A DNA stretch of 62,534 nucleotides, filler included, from a candidate division TA06 bacterium SM23_40 (lineage in GTDB: Bacteria > LJUI01 > SM1-40): assembly GCA_001303705.1 (NCBI GenBank). It is 6 parts of 6 records of this genome, joined end to end, with 100 filler letters (N's around TTAATTAATTAA, not from the genome) between each part and the next. Parts side by side here need not be neighbours in the genome. Positions count along the whole stretch, not along the records: positions 17,696 to 22,725 come from LJUI01000174.1; positions 22,826 to 27,852 come from LJUI01000175.1; positions 27,953 to 49,765 come from LJUI01000042.1; 3 more parts are not named here. One strand, 5' to 3'. A program made the translations under genes and the position numbers. Shown here piece after piece: positions 19,793-29,558 of the stretch. How positions within the stretch are numbered: position 1 is the stretch's first letter; each line of letters starts with the position of its first letter. The notes under the pieces were generated by a model. That model saw nothing but the letters and a program-made list of their open reading frames with translations. It ran no database searches and was not told where the DNA came from.

Positions 19793-20267
19793 GTCGTCTA
19801 CTCCCCCGGAACTGGTCTGATCCTCTGCTACTGGTCTGCCCCCCTGCAGCTGGTCTGCCCCTCTGGGGTTGGTCTGCTTCGGTGCAACTCGTCTACTCGT
19901 CTGAAGCTGGTCTGCACCGCTGGACCCGGTCTGCACCGCCGGACCTCGTCTGGTGCTCTGCTGCTGGTCTGCCCTTGTGAAGCTGATCTGCCCCTATGCA
20001 CCTGGTCTGCTTCGGTGCAACTGATCTACTCGTGCAGAGCTTGTCTACCACGCTGAGGCTGGTCTGCTACGCTGGAGCTGGTCTACCCCTCTGGAACTGG
20101 TCTGCCCCTCCGGAGCTGATCTGCCCCGCTGGAACTGGTCTGCCCCTCTGGAACTGGTCTACCCCTCTGGAACTGGTCTGCCCCTGTGGAGCTGATCTGC
20201 CCCTCTGGAGCCGGCCTGGCGCTCCGGAGCCGGTCTGGCTCTTTCGGGTCCGTCTACCACGAGGCTT
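19793..20267. repeat. 19-bp minisatellite, 25 units, consensus ~CTGGTCTGCCCCTCTGGAR
   Basis: Unit starts at 19793, 19812, 19831 ... 20230, 20249, each exactly 19 nt apart. Confidence 0.92.
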
Positions 20268-20535
20268 GTCTGCGAGGCGGTTCTGTCGGAATGCGCGATC
20301 CCGCTTGGACTCGACAAGGATCAGATGCAGCGGTCAGCGCCACCTCGCATCAGTCGCGCGGCATGTACGGGCCGCCCGATCCCGTGAGGAGGCAGCCCGG
20401 CCTCTCGGTGGCGTACGCGATTCCGGTTCGCAGGATCCCACCCGGGATCCGTTCTCTGTTCCAGGCGATGCACGAGACAGTGCTTCTGGCAGTGCTCCCG
20501 GCGCTGCTTCAGGAACGCGCAGGCGAGAGGAATCG

Positions 20536-20955
20536 CTAGCCGCCAAGTATCCCTTGGGCACCCTCTGGGTCGATCCAGAAACCGTCCCGAAGCCGCTCCA
20601 GCAACGCTCCTTCTCTCTCCGATACGGTGTCCGCTCCAGCCAGCCCGCATGCCATCCTAAAGACTTCGACTCGCTGGTTAGGGGTCAGGATCTTATTGAC
20701 AGCCTGGATCAGACATTCGATACCTTCATCGGTGAGGGCCGACTCTTCACAGGGGAGCGTGTGGAATATCTTATTGTATGCAAGCCCCATGAGATTCCCG
20801 AACTCCACGCGGTCACAGTGCTCGAAGATATCGAGATGTCTCACCTGTTCATAGAGATAATCCCGTTCTTCCTTCGTGCCGCACTTATCCGCAGTGCAGA
20901 CGGCCCATGCAACTGCTATGAATGCTTCTGCCGGCGTTTTGAACTCGATAGTCAT
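20536..20955 (-). CDS. TerB-like (tellurite resistance/DjlA N-terminal fold) protein
   Basis: Two AD...E motifs (CTADKCGTKEER, LAGADTVSEREGALL), AGGAGG RBS before MTIEF. Confidence 0.65.
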   Translation of the reverse strand: MTIEFKTPAEAFIAVAWAVCTADKCGTKEERDYLYEQVRHLDIFEHCDRVEFGNLMGLAYNKIFHTLPCEESALTDEGIECLIQAVNKILTPNQRVEVFRMACGLAGADTVSEREGALLERLRDGFWIDPEGAQGILGG

Positions 20956-21092
20956 GCTCCCTCCTCTCACCTGAGCAATTGTGGTGGCAAAAGTCCACCA
21001 CTTATTTGCTCACCCAGGGCCAATAGAACGACCGACCCTATGTGCCGCATGTTGCCAGAGCCCGCCTGGCCGCACGCTACCGCCCCTACCCC

Positions 21093-21632
21093 CTACTCAA
21101 TCAACAAGAACGCATATCGATTCATCGGCTGGTCGTACCTCGAAAGAACCTCAATGGGAAACCCATGCCGTCGCACGGTGGAGAAGACGTCTACCGCTAG
21201 GCCCTCTGCGGTCGGCCGGGCAGTCTCCGGTTTGATGCATTCCTCTCTCACGCTGGAGCACTCGGGGCAAAAACTGCACGAACTCATGGGGAGCAGAAAC
21301 GCCTTCTCGTACCCCGAGAGAAAGACCTCTCTTTCGAGCTCCAACAGCCCTTCGTACACGGACCTACTCCATGCGCGCCGTTCCTCCAGGCTATCGACCT
21401 GCTTATAGAACCGGAAGACTACCACCGTCGAGTACTCGCCGAAGAACTGGCGGCAGTCCGCGACCGACGGCACGTTCGGGGGACAGCACGCGTGCCTCCC
21501 GTAATCGTCGCAGCCGTACTCGCACTTCATACGGACCCACTGGGCGACAACGATAGTCCTGGCGTCGATCCACTTGAACTCTGTGTATCCCCGCTCATGG
21601 AACAGCGCATCAAGAGCTTTGCGGTCTGCCAT
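21093..21632 (-). CDS. DUF2284-type Cys-rich metal-binding protein
   Basis: KCEYGCDDYG..CCPP, CSFCPEC, C..P..ARP..E...DV motifs. Confidence 0.8.
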   Translation of the reverse strand: MADRKALDALFHERGYTEFKWIDARTIVVAQWVRMKCEYGCDDYGRHACCPPNVPSVADCRQFFGEYSTVVVFRFYKQVDSLEERRAWSRSVYEGLLELEREVFLSGYEKAFLLPMSSCSFCPECSSVREECIKPETARPTAEGLAVDVFSTVRRHGFPIEVLSRYDQPMNRYAFLLIE

Positions 21633-21831
21633 AGCCAATCCACTCCGTTCGCTGGAGACCTGTTTCCGCCCGGGACGAGATGCGGTTCAAGTTCAGGTAT
21701 CATCTGCCGGCACGAAGCGGCCGGCATACCATATATTCGAACTCTTCTTCCGGTGCGCGCTCCGCCGATACCTCATGTTGATCGACATATTGTGATGATC
21801 GACACTGGCATCGATGGCGGGCGCCGGCTCG

Positions 21832-22407
21832 TCATTGTCTGTGTACCATCCGGATAGACCCCTCGGGACAGACATCCACGCAGAGGCCGCACCCATAGCA
21901 CCTGTCGCGGTCGACGACCAACTCCCCGTCGTCCGTCTTACGAGCGCCGAAGTAGCAGACCTCGGTACATGCACCGCAGGCAGCGCAGAGCTCCGGGTCA
22001 CTCTCCTGGACGAGGCGACCCTTGTCACACACATCGCTCGGGTCCAGGAAATAGACGCAGCAGTCGTCGCAACAGAAGCAGATCCCGTCCACGCGTGTCC
22101 GATCATCGCTCCGGAATGGGCGGGTGACGAGATGGCAGGTCTCTGCTTCGCGGAAGATCTCTTCCACATCCGCCAGCGCGATCTCCCGCCCGCCCGAGCC
22201 GCTCATCCCTATGTCATCGTAGAATACGAGGCAGAGATCGATCCGCGAGCGGTCGCACTGCCCTCGCCCCTCGCGGCAGCCGCAGTTGGAGACCCAGAAT
22301 CGGTCACGACCCCGAATGAGTTCCCGGGCCTCGTCACGAGTACACACGAAGTGCATTGCGGGTACTTGCATATCCATGATTAGCTCCTGATAAGAATTTC
22401 GCATCAC
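21832..22407 (-). CDS. 4Fe-4S ferredoxin domain protein
   Basis: CAACGACTEVC and CYGCGLCVDVCP motifs, plus CGCR and ICFCCDDCC. Confidence 0.88.
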   Translation of the reverse strand: MMRNSYQELIMDMQVPAMHFVCTRDEARELIRGRDRFWVSNCGCREGRGQCDRSRIDLCLVFYDDIGMSGSGGREIALADVEEIFREAETCHLVTRPFRSDDRTRVDGICFCCDDCCVYFLDPSDVCDKGRLVQESDPELCAACGACTEVCYFGARKTDDGELVVDRDRCYGCGLCVDVCPEGSIRMVHRQ

Positions 22408-22725
22408 TCTCGCAGCACATAGGCGTCATACGATCCCATGTATACGTATCCGAGTTTCTCGGCCAGCGTGCACGATTCCGGGTTTGCAGCATCCCAATGG
22501 GGATCTATCTTCTGTTCCAGGCAGTGCTTCAGGAGCGCGCAGGCGAGGGCGGTGGCGACACCCCCGGTGCGGTGCGCGGGCACCACGTAGATGCTCACTT
22601 CGATCCCCTTGCTGCAGACGAGCGAGGACCACGCCGCGCCGATCATCTCGTTCCCCTCCTCGAGGAAGAAACCGCATCCCCGCTCCACGAAGTCCTCTGC
22701 CGAATCAAAACAGGAGAGGTCGAGA
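22404..22725 (-). CDS. GNAT family acetyltransferase (C-terminal part, 5' end in gap)
   Basis: IEVSIYVVPAHRTGGVAT, PHWDAANPESCTLAEKLGY. Confidence 0.8.
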
Positions 22726-22825
22726 NNNNNNNNNNNNNNNNNNNNNNNNNNNNNNNNNNNNNNNNNNNNTTAATTAATTAANNNNNNNNNNNNNNNNNNN
22801 NNNNNNNNNNNNNNNNNNNNNNNNN
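22726..22825. other. Artificial contig spacer
   Basis: N-TTAATTAATTAA-N. Confidence 0.98.
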
Positions 22826-23126
22826 TCACGTTTCCCATCCTACCCGCTATTTCCAGGAATCGTGGCCGACGTTCGTAAGTGGACCCGGAGACGGCCAGTA
22901 CAGCGGTGTCAGGATAGGACTGTTGCAGCTTGCTGATGAACTCGAGACCATCCATCACGGGCATGAACAGATCGGCTATGACTAGATCCGCCGGCTTCTC
23001 ACCCATCAGCTTCAGCCCCTCCTGCCCGTTCTCCGCTTCGATCACCGAGTGGCCGTCCAATTCGAGCATCCTGCACAGCACCCGTCGCACTGCGGCGTCG
23101 TCATCAACCACGAGAATCAGCGCCAT
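22826..23126 (-). CDS. Response regulator receiver protein (3' truncated)
   Basis: ILVVDDD, DLVIADLFMPVMDGLE. Confidence 0.92.
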
Positions 23127-23176
23127 CTCACGACCCTCCGAATCCTATTTTGCCCTACGGCGGCCCGTTCCTGCGA

Positions 23177-24592
23177 TCAAACCGCTCGGGCTGCTGTCCT
23201 CCGCCAACAGAAGTATACTGGAACACCTACGGCGGTGATCACGAGTCCCGCCAGCGATTCTACCGGCCTGGCAAACAACGTGTTCACGATTATCGCGACC
23301 GTGACAACCACGAAGATCACCGGTACCGTCGGGTAGCCCCACGTCCTGTAAGGTCGCGGTAGGTCTGGCCGCCGTCTGCGTAGCACGAACACCGCCGCGA
23401 CGGCGGCGGCCCAGAAAGCCAAGGTGATGAACATGACATACGTGAACAGCTGTTCGTACGTGCCGGTCAAGGTGAGCACGCAGGCCCATACCGCCTGAGT
23501 CGTAATCGCGGCCGCCGGAGTACCGAAGCGTGGGTGCACGGCGCCCGCTCGATGAAAGAAGACACCGTCGCGCGCCATTGCGTAGTAGACTCTCGGCCCG
23601 ACAAAGATCGAACCGTTCAACGCGCCGAATGTGGAGATCATCACGGCTGCAGAGACCAAGCTCGCCGCGCCGGTCCCGAACAGCGCCTGCGAAGCGCGTT
23701 CCGCAACCCGCATGACGCCCGCCAATTCAGCGAGGGGCAACGCCAAGACGTATACGACATTCACCAGAACGTACAGGATCGTGATTGCGGCGGTTCCGAT
23801 TAGCAGCGATAGTGGAAGGTTACGCCTGGGATCCCGAATCTCTCCGGCCACGTAGCTGATGTTGTTCCACCCGTCGAATGCCCAGGAGACGGCCACTACG
23901 GCGACCCCGAATCCGATCAGCAACGCACCAGGGCTTGCTCCGGTCGGATTGAGAGAGTTGTCGAGCTGCTGCCGGGACCCCAGCATGAGCCCCACCGTCA
24001 CGAAAGCCACCAGGGCAGCGATCTTGACCACAGTGAACGCGTTCTGAATCAGCTTCCCAAAAACCACGCCGGCGTAGTTGCACACCGTCAGTAGGACGAT
24101 CACGGCCACGGCCGCGAGCTGTACCGTGGAAACGCTATATCTGTAATCGAGACCATTCTCGGCGATGTCCAACGATAGCACGATCCGATCGGTCGAGATC
24201 GCGGGAGCAAAATATCCCAGGTATTCGGCGAACCCGACCGCCAGGGCCGCTATCGACCCGCCCATCGCAACCAGGAACAGTATCCACCCGAACAGGAATG
24301 CGGCGAGGTTACCGTACGCCTCCCGCAGATACACGTACTGACCACCGGCCTCGGGCATCGCGGCACCGAGCTCCGCAAACGTGAGGGCACCTGAGAGGGT
24401 CAGCAGTCCTCCGACAACCCAGGCCAGGAGCAACAACGGCACTGACGGAATGCTCTGCGCCATTATACCCGTCGTGAGGAAGATCCCGGATCCGATGACT
24501 ATTCCCACCATCATCATTACCGAGTCGAACAGCCCGAGCGCGCGGACGAGCTCGGGCCCCTCGCTCACCGTGCCCCGCACATCACTCTGCAT
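23177..24592 (-). CDS. APC-family amino acid permease
   Basis: IGSGIF, AELGAAMPEAGGQY, WAFDGW, GEIRDP motifs, ~12 TM segments. Confidence 0.93.
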   Translation of the reverse strand: MQSDVRGTVSEGPELVRALGLFDSVMMMVGIVIGSGIFLTTGIMAQSIPSVPLLLLAWVVGGLLTLSGALTFAELGAAMPEAGGQYVYLREAYGNLAAFLFGWILFLVAMGGSIAALAVGFAEYLGYFAPAISTDRIVLSLDIAENGLDYRYSVSTVQLAAVAVIVLLTVCNYAGVVFGKLIQNAFTVVKIAALVAFVTVGLMLGSRQQLDNSLNPTGASPGALLIGFGVAVVAVSWAFDGWNNISYVAGEIRDPRRNLPLSLLIGTAAITILYVLVNVVYVLALPLAELAGVMRVAERASQALFGTGAASLVSAAVMISTFGALNGSIFVGPRVYYAMARDGVFFHRAGAVHPRFGTPAAAITTQAVWACVLTLTGTYEQLFTYVMFITLAFWAAAVAAVFVLRRRRPDLPRPYRTWGYPTVPVIFVVVTVAIIVNTLFARPVESLAGLVITAVGVPVYFCWRRTAARAV

Positions 24593-24684
24593 TCGCGTGG
24601 GATGTCCAGAAGCGACGACTTTGTGGAGACACAGATCTGCCCCTATACTGGATCAAGGACACGGCGGCTAGCGCCGATCGCAAC

Positions 24685-25977
24685 GTGAACTCTGCGGATG
24701 ATATCATGATGAATGCGCGCACCGTTATGCTGGTTCTCTCGCTGATAGTGGGTCTGCTGTCTCACTCAGTCAATGCGCAGGAGGCGCTACTGCTCCGACC
24801 GGGAAAGGTGTTCGACGGTACCGAGATGCGCGACGCCTGGGTTGTCCTGATCAGAGGCGACCGGATCGCGGCCGCCGGACCCTACGACCAAGTCCAGTCT
24901 CCCCGGGGAGCCCGCATTGTGGAGCTGCCCGGGCTAACGCTGCTGCCAGGTCTGATTGAGGGCCACTCGCATTTGCTGCTCCACCCCTACGATGAGACAC
25001 CGTGGACCGACCAGGTGCTCTATGAGTCACTCGGACAGCGAATCGCGCGAGGTGTCGTGCACGCCGAGAAAACACTCATGGCCGGGATAACGACGGAACG
25101 TGACCTCGGTACCGAGGGAGCGGGCTACGGTGACGTAGGACTCAAAGAGGCAATTGAGCTGGGGGTGATCCCCGGACCACGCCTGATTGTGACAACGAGG
25201 GCGATCGTGGCAACCGGAAGCTACAACCCGAAGGGGGCTCCCGAACTGTCGCTCCCGAAAGGCGCAGAGGAAGCCGACGGTCACGACGATCTCATCAGAA
25301 TCACCCGAGACCAGATTGGCAGGGGCGCGGACTGGGTGAAGATCTACGCCGATTATCGCTGGGGTCCCGGCGGCACGAACCGCCCCTCGTTCACAGAGCA
25401 GGAGCTGCGGCTGGTCGTCGATGTAGCGGAGAGCTCCGGTCGACACGTGGTCGCGCACGCCAATTCCGTGGAAGCCATCCGCCGATCCGTCATGGCAGGA
25501 GTCAAGACGATAGAGCATGGAGATGAGGCCGACCGCGAAGTGCTGCAGTTGATGGCTGAACGTGACGTTGCCCTATGCCCTACCGTCGCTGCATCCGACG
25601 CCATCATGCAGTACCGGGGGTGGCGCAAGGGAGTTGACAGCGAACCGGAGCGGATCCGGCAGAAGAAGGCATCGTTCCGCTTGGCTCTCGAGGTGGGGGT
25701 CCCCATTTGTTTCGGCGGTGACGTCGGAGTCTTCGCGCACGGTGACAACGTGAGGGAACTCGAGCTGATGGTCGAGTACGGTATGACACCGCTGGCGGCG
25801 GTGCGCGCGGCGACGTCAGGGAACGCGACAATCCTCGAACTCGACGATCGGGGCGAGGTACGGGAGGGACTGCTTGCAGATCTGATTGCCGTCCGGGGTG
25901 ATCCCACGGCAAACATATCAGCGCTCAGGGAAGTAGTGATGGTAATGAAGGGGGGCGTGTTCTACAAGAGCCCCTAG
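24685..25977 (+). CDS. Secreted metal-dependent amidohydrolase (prolidase-like)
   Basis: Signal peptide, PGLIEGHSH, WVKIY, VAHA, IEHG, GGD, ADLIAV. Confidence 0.88.
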   Translation: MNSADDIMMNARTVMLVLSLIVGLLSHSVNAQEALLLRPGKVFDGTEMRDAWVVLIRGDRIAAAGPYDQVQSPRGARIVELPGLTLLPGLIEGHSHLLLHPYDETPWTDQVLYESLGQRIARGVVHAEKTLMAGITTERDLGTEGAGYGDVGLKEAIELGVIPGPRLIVTTRAIVATGSYNPKGAPELSLPKGAEEADGHDDLIRITRDQIGRGADWVKIYADYRWGPGGTNRPSFTEQELRLVVDVAESSGRHVVAHANSVEAIRRSVMAGVKTIEHGDEADREVLQLMAERDVALCPTVAASDAIMQYRGWRKGVDSEPERIRQKKASFRLALEVGVPICFGGDVGVFAHGDNVRELELMVEYGMTPLAAVRAATSGNATILELDDRGEVREGLLADLIAVRGDPTANISALREVVMVMKGGVFYKSP

Positions 25978-25980
25978 CTC

Positions 25981-27852
25981 CTACCCTAGCTTGTTCCTGA
26001 TCAACTCAGCGACCGCCACCGGGTCTGCCCGGCCGGCGGTCTCTTTCATGACTTGTCCCACGAAGAAGTCCAACAAGCTCGACTTCCTCGACAAGTACCG
26101 ACGGACCTCGTTCGGGTGGGCGTCGAGTACCTGATCCACGATCAACTCGAGTTCCTTCCCACCGCCGATCCGATCGAGGGTGTACTTCCTTGGATTGTTG
26201 ACCGGGTTTGTCCCGCCGCCGTGCAGCTTTCGATCACTGGCGCCAGCCGACGAAACACGGTCTCTGTCGGAGATCTTGGCCCAAGTATCGCGCAAGGGTA
26301 CCGTCCGGTTGAACACCAATCGCTCAGCCGATGAATCGATCAAGTCACTCACAAAGTATCCCTGTCGCTCGAACTGGTATCTCGTGCCCGGAGGATCCTT
26401 CCCGATACTTGGCTCCACATACGCACCGGTCGTAATCACGACTGATGCGGGATTCAGGAAGTCGGTGAACTCCCCACCTTCCTCTACATCGTCGGGATCG
26501 GGAACGGTGAACAGGCGATCGTAGAGCCGCACCTCCGCCGGCACGGCATGGCGGATGGATACCCAATGCAGCGTACCCTTCACCTTGCGACCGTCGGGAG
26601 CCCCACCGCCCTTTGTATCCGCGTCGTACGTGCAGCGGAGTTCCGTGATCTCGCCCGTCACCGGGTCCTTTATGACCTCGATGCACTTGATGTAGTAGGC
26701 GTACCGCAGCCGGACCTCCCGACCCGGGGCAAGCCGGAAGAACTTCTTCGGCGGGTCCTCGAGAAAATCGTCTCGCTCAATGTACAGCTCACGAGTGAAC
26801 GGCACCCGTCTCGATCCCTCTTTCGGTACGTCGTGTGGGTAGAGCGGCGCATCCAACCACTCCGTCTCGCCTTCCGGGAAGTTGAGCAACACGACCTTGA
26901 GAGGGCGCATTACGCACATCACGCGAGGCACAGTACGGTTGAGGTCATCACGGATCGCGTACTCCAGCTTGCCGATATCTACACGGCTGTCGACCTTGGC
27001 GACGCCGATCATATCGCAGAAGTTGCGGATGGCCGCCGGCGTGACGCCCCTACGCCTGAGCCCCGCCACGGTCGGCATCCGCGGGTCATCCCAACCGGTT
27101 ACATGATTCTCCTTGACGAGCCGCACGAGCTTGCGCTTGCTCAAAACCGTGTAGTCGAGGTTGAGTCTGGCAAACTCGGTCTGCTCGGGAGGCTCCTCGA
27201 ATCCAACGTTTTCAAGTACCCAGTCATACAACGCCCGATTGTCCTTGAACTCGAGCGTACAGAGCGAGTGGGTTACACCCTCGATCGCGTCCTCCAGGCA
27301 ATGGGCGTAATCGTACATCGGGTAGACACACCAGGCGTCACCCCTCCGGTAGTGAGTGGCATGGCGTATCCGATAGAGAAGCGGATCCCGCATCAACATG
27401 TTTGGGGCGCCCATGTCGATCTTGGCCCGAAGGACGTGGGCGCCGTCGGGGAACTCCCCTGCCCGCATGCGCTCGAGCAGATCCAGGTTCTCTTCGACGG
27501 ACCGATTTCTGTAGGGGCTTTCCTTGCCCGACCTCGTCACAGTACCGCGGTAGTCTCTGATCTCCTCCTCGGTGAGGCTATCCACGTACGCTTTCCCATC
27601 TTTGACGAGCTTCACGGCAAACTCATAGAACTGCTCGAAGTAGTCCGAGGCATAGTACAACCGGTCTTCCCAGTCGTAGCCCAGCCATCTCACGTCCTCC
27701 CTGATGGCGACTGCGTATCTCTCTTCCTCGGTGATCGGGTTTGTATCATCGAACCGGAGGTTGCACTTCCCGCCTTCGTGCTCAGCGGCGATCCCAAAGT
27801 TCAGTACGATCGACTTCGCGTGGCCGATGTGAAGGAACCCGTTAGGTTCGGG
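25981..27852 (-). CDS. glnS: Glutaminyl-tRNA synthetase with C-terminal YqeY/GatB-like extension (5' truncated)
   Basis: [35 protein letters not shown], then C-terminal [16 protein letters not shown]. Confidence 0.93.
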   Translation of the reverse strand, partial: PEPNGFLHIGHAKSIVLNFGIAAEHEGGKCNLRFDDTNPITEEERYAVAIREDVRWLGYDWEDRLYYASDYFEQFYEFAVKLVKDGKAYVDSLTEEEIRDYRGTVTRSGKESPYRNRSVEENLDLLERMRAGEFPDGAHVLRAKIDMGAPNMLMRDPLLYRIRHATHYRRGDAWCVYPMYDYAHCLEDAIEGVTHSLCTLEFKDNRALYDWVLENVGFEEPPEQTEFARLNLDYTVLSKRKLVRLVKENHVTGWDDPRMPTVAGLRRRGVTPAAIRNFCDMIGVAKVDSRVDIGKLEYAIRDDLNRTVPRVMCVMRPLKVVLLNFPEGETEWLDAPLYPHDVPKEGSRRVPFTRELYIERDDFLEDPPKKFFRLAPGREVRLRYAYYIKCIEVIKDPVTGEITELRCTYDADTKGGGAPDGRKVKGTLHWVSIRHAVPAEVRLYDRLFTVPDPDDVEEGGEFTDFLNPASVVITTGAYVEPSIGKDPPGTRYQFERQGYFVSDLIDSSAERLVFNRTVPLRDTWAKISDRDRVSSAGASDRKLHGGGTNPVNNPRKYTLDRIGGGKELELIVDQVLDAHPNEVRRYLSRKSSLLDFFVGQVMKETAGRADPVAVAELIRNKLG

Positions 27853-27952
27853 NNNNNNNNNNNNNNNNNNNNNNNNNNNNNNNNNNNNNNNNNNNNTTAA
27901 TTAATTAANNNNNNNNNNNNNNNNNNNNNNNNNNNNNNNNNNNNNNNNNNNN
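27853..27952. other. Artificial contig spacer
   Basis: N-TTAATTAATTAA-N. Confidence 0.98.
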
Positions 27953-27953
27953 T

Positions 27954-28562
27954 TCATGCTGCGAGCACACGGCTCAGCCTCTCTCTGAGGAAGAGGCGCG
28001 CCCGCAGCAGGCGCGACTTGACAGCCGGCACGGAGAGATCGAGAATCTCTGCGACCTCCTTGGCCGGCAAGCCCTCGACGTCGCGGAGTATGAACACGGC
28101 CCGATAGATCTCGGGCAATTCGTCGATCGCTTCCTCGAGAAGCTGCCGCATTTCCTCGGCCTCTACCATCTCCTCGGCATTCGGGGCCCAGTCGCGCACG
28201 TCCGATGGGATCTCGGAGAGATCGAGGTCCTGCCCTGGCTGATCGAGGGAGTAGACGGGAGCAGTGCGCTCCTGGCGCAGCTTCATGAGTGCCGTATTCA
28301 TGGCGATGCGGAAGAGCCAGGTGGCGAAACTCGACTCCTCTCGAAACGTCGAGAGGTGCTCAAATGCGCGGAGAAACGTCTCTTGGAGCACATCTTCTGC
28401 GTCCTGAGGATGTTTGGTCATCCGGAGCCCGAGGCTGTAGATACGTTCCTGGTAGCGCCTGACAAGTTCTTCGAATGCGTCGAAGTCACCTCTCTTCGCC
28501 TCGCGGATGAGCACAGCTTCAGTTGCCCCGCTGAGACCAGTGCCATCGAGTCCCGCCGACAC
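27954..28562 (-). CDS. ECF sigma-70 factor
   Basis: DAEDVLQETFLRA, FATWLFRIAMN, region 4 AVKSRLLRAR. Confidence 0.93.
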   Translation of the reverse strand: MSAGLDGTGLSGATEAVLIREAKRGDFDAFEELVRRYQERIYSLGLRMTKHPQDAEDVLQETFLRAFEHLSTFREESSFATWLFRIAMNTALMKLRQERTAPVYSLDQPGQDLDLSEIPSDVRDWAPNAEEMVEAEEMRQLLEEAIDELPEIYRAVFILRDVEGLPAKEVAEILDLSVPAVKSRLLRARLFLRERLSRVLAA

Positions 28563-28816
28563 AGCGTACTCCTCTCATTCCTTGTGTGCAACACTCTTGT
28601 TTCAATCTACTCGATTCCCTCTCTCCCTGTCAATATGGCGGTTCGTCATGGCGGGAGGCACATGGAGCATCTGGCTTCGGGAGAGTCGGGGGTCTGTTGG
28701 GCCGGCATGGCGTGTCTTTTCGTCGGCGGTGCAGTACAGCATTCAGGGGGGATCGAGACCGGACAGGTGGCGAGCGGGAGGAGGGTGACTGGGTCCCGTG
28801 GTCGGGACACGGGAAG

Positions 28817-29092
28817 CTACCCAGGCGTGTGAGACCCATGACACAAGGCTTCGTCAGGGGGGTGAGGGAGGCCCGTGACAACGAGGATTACTCAGGTGTG
28901 TGAGGCCCATGAAGCAAGGCTTCCGTCGGGTAGTGAGGACTGTGACAACGAGGATTACTCAGGTGTGTGAGGCCCATGAAGCAAGGCTTCCGTCGGGTAG
29001 TGAGGACTGTGACAACGAGGATTACTCAGGCGTGTGAGGCCCATGACAACGAAGGTTCCTCAGGGGGTGCCATGTACCTGAGAGATCGCAAA
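28817..29092. repeat. Higher-order tandem repeat (33/34-bp monomers, 67-bp dimers), with a detached variant at ~29319-29379
   Basis: GTGACAACGAGGATTACTCAGG at 28875, 28942 and 29009, alternating with ATGAAGCAAGGCTTCCGTCGGG. Confidence 0.88.
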
Positions 29093-29392
29093 TGAAGGTA
29101 AGTTTTGTCGTTACTTTGTCGGAGCATGGTGTAGTATGGGATCGGACACATGGCAACGACCTCCTTTCGGTGTGGGTGTATCCGGGGCGACTGTTTTCTG
29201 CATTTCGCACAGGATACACGATGTTGCCCATGTGTCCGTTACTTTTCGCCCTTTGGTCGCAGGGTTCTGGCCTCACGCAGCAGTCTCCTGACCGTCTGCC
29301 GCAGCTCCTCGAGGGTCCGAGGCCCATGACACCGGAGCCTCCGCAGGGGGGTACCATGTTGCTGAGAGATCCCATGTGATCCGGGTTTCGAC

Positions 29393-29421
29393 TTGATTAG
29401 TCGACCGGGGTATGGTATAGC
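29393..29421 (+). promoter_or_regulatory. Putative sigma-70 promoter
   Basis: TTGATT-17 nt-TATAGC with TG extension, upstream of 29559. Confidence 0.45.
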
Positions 29422-29558
29422 ACTCTGGTATCGCCAGGAAGTGGATGGTCTCCGGTTGCGGGTTCGGGTGGCCGCGATGGCCTGTGTACCGAACGGTGAG
29501 AGGTCCGGTCCCCCTGTCCGAGCGTCGGCGTAGTTGAATCCGAGGAGAGAGGTGCGTC

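Noticed and set aside
19793-20267. CRISPR array, or repeat protein (ORF 19996-21408)
   Set aside because: No spacers, a 19-bp period, and the long plus-strand ORF is antisense to better-supported minus-strand genes.
28817-29092. CRISPR array
   Set aside because: The would-be spacers are identical and related to the repeat itself, and no cas genes are present.
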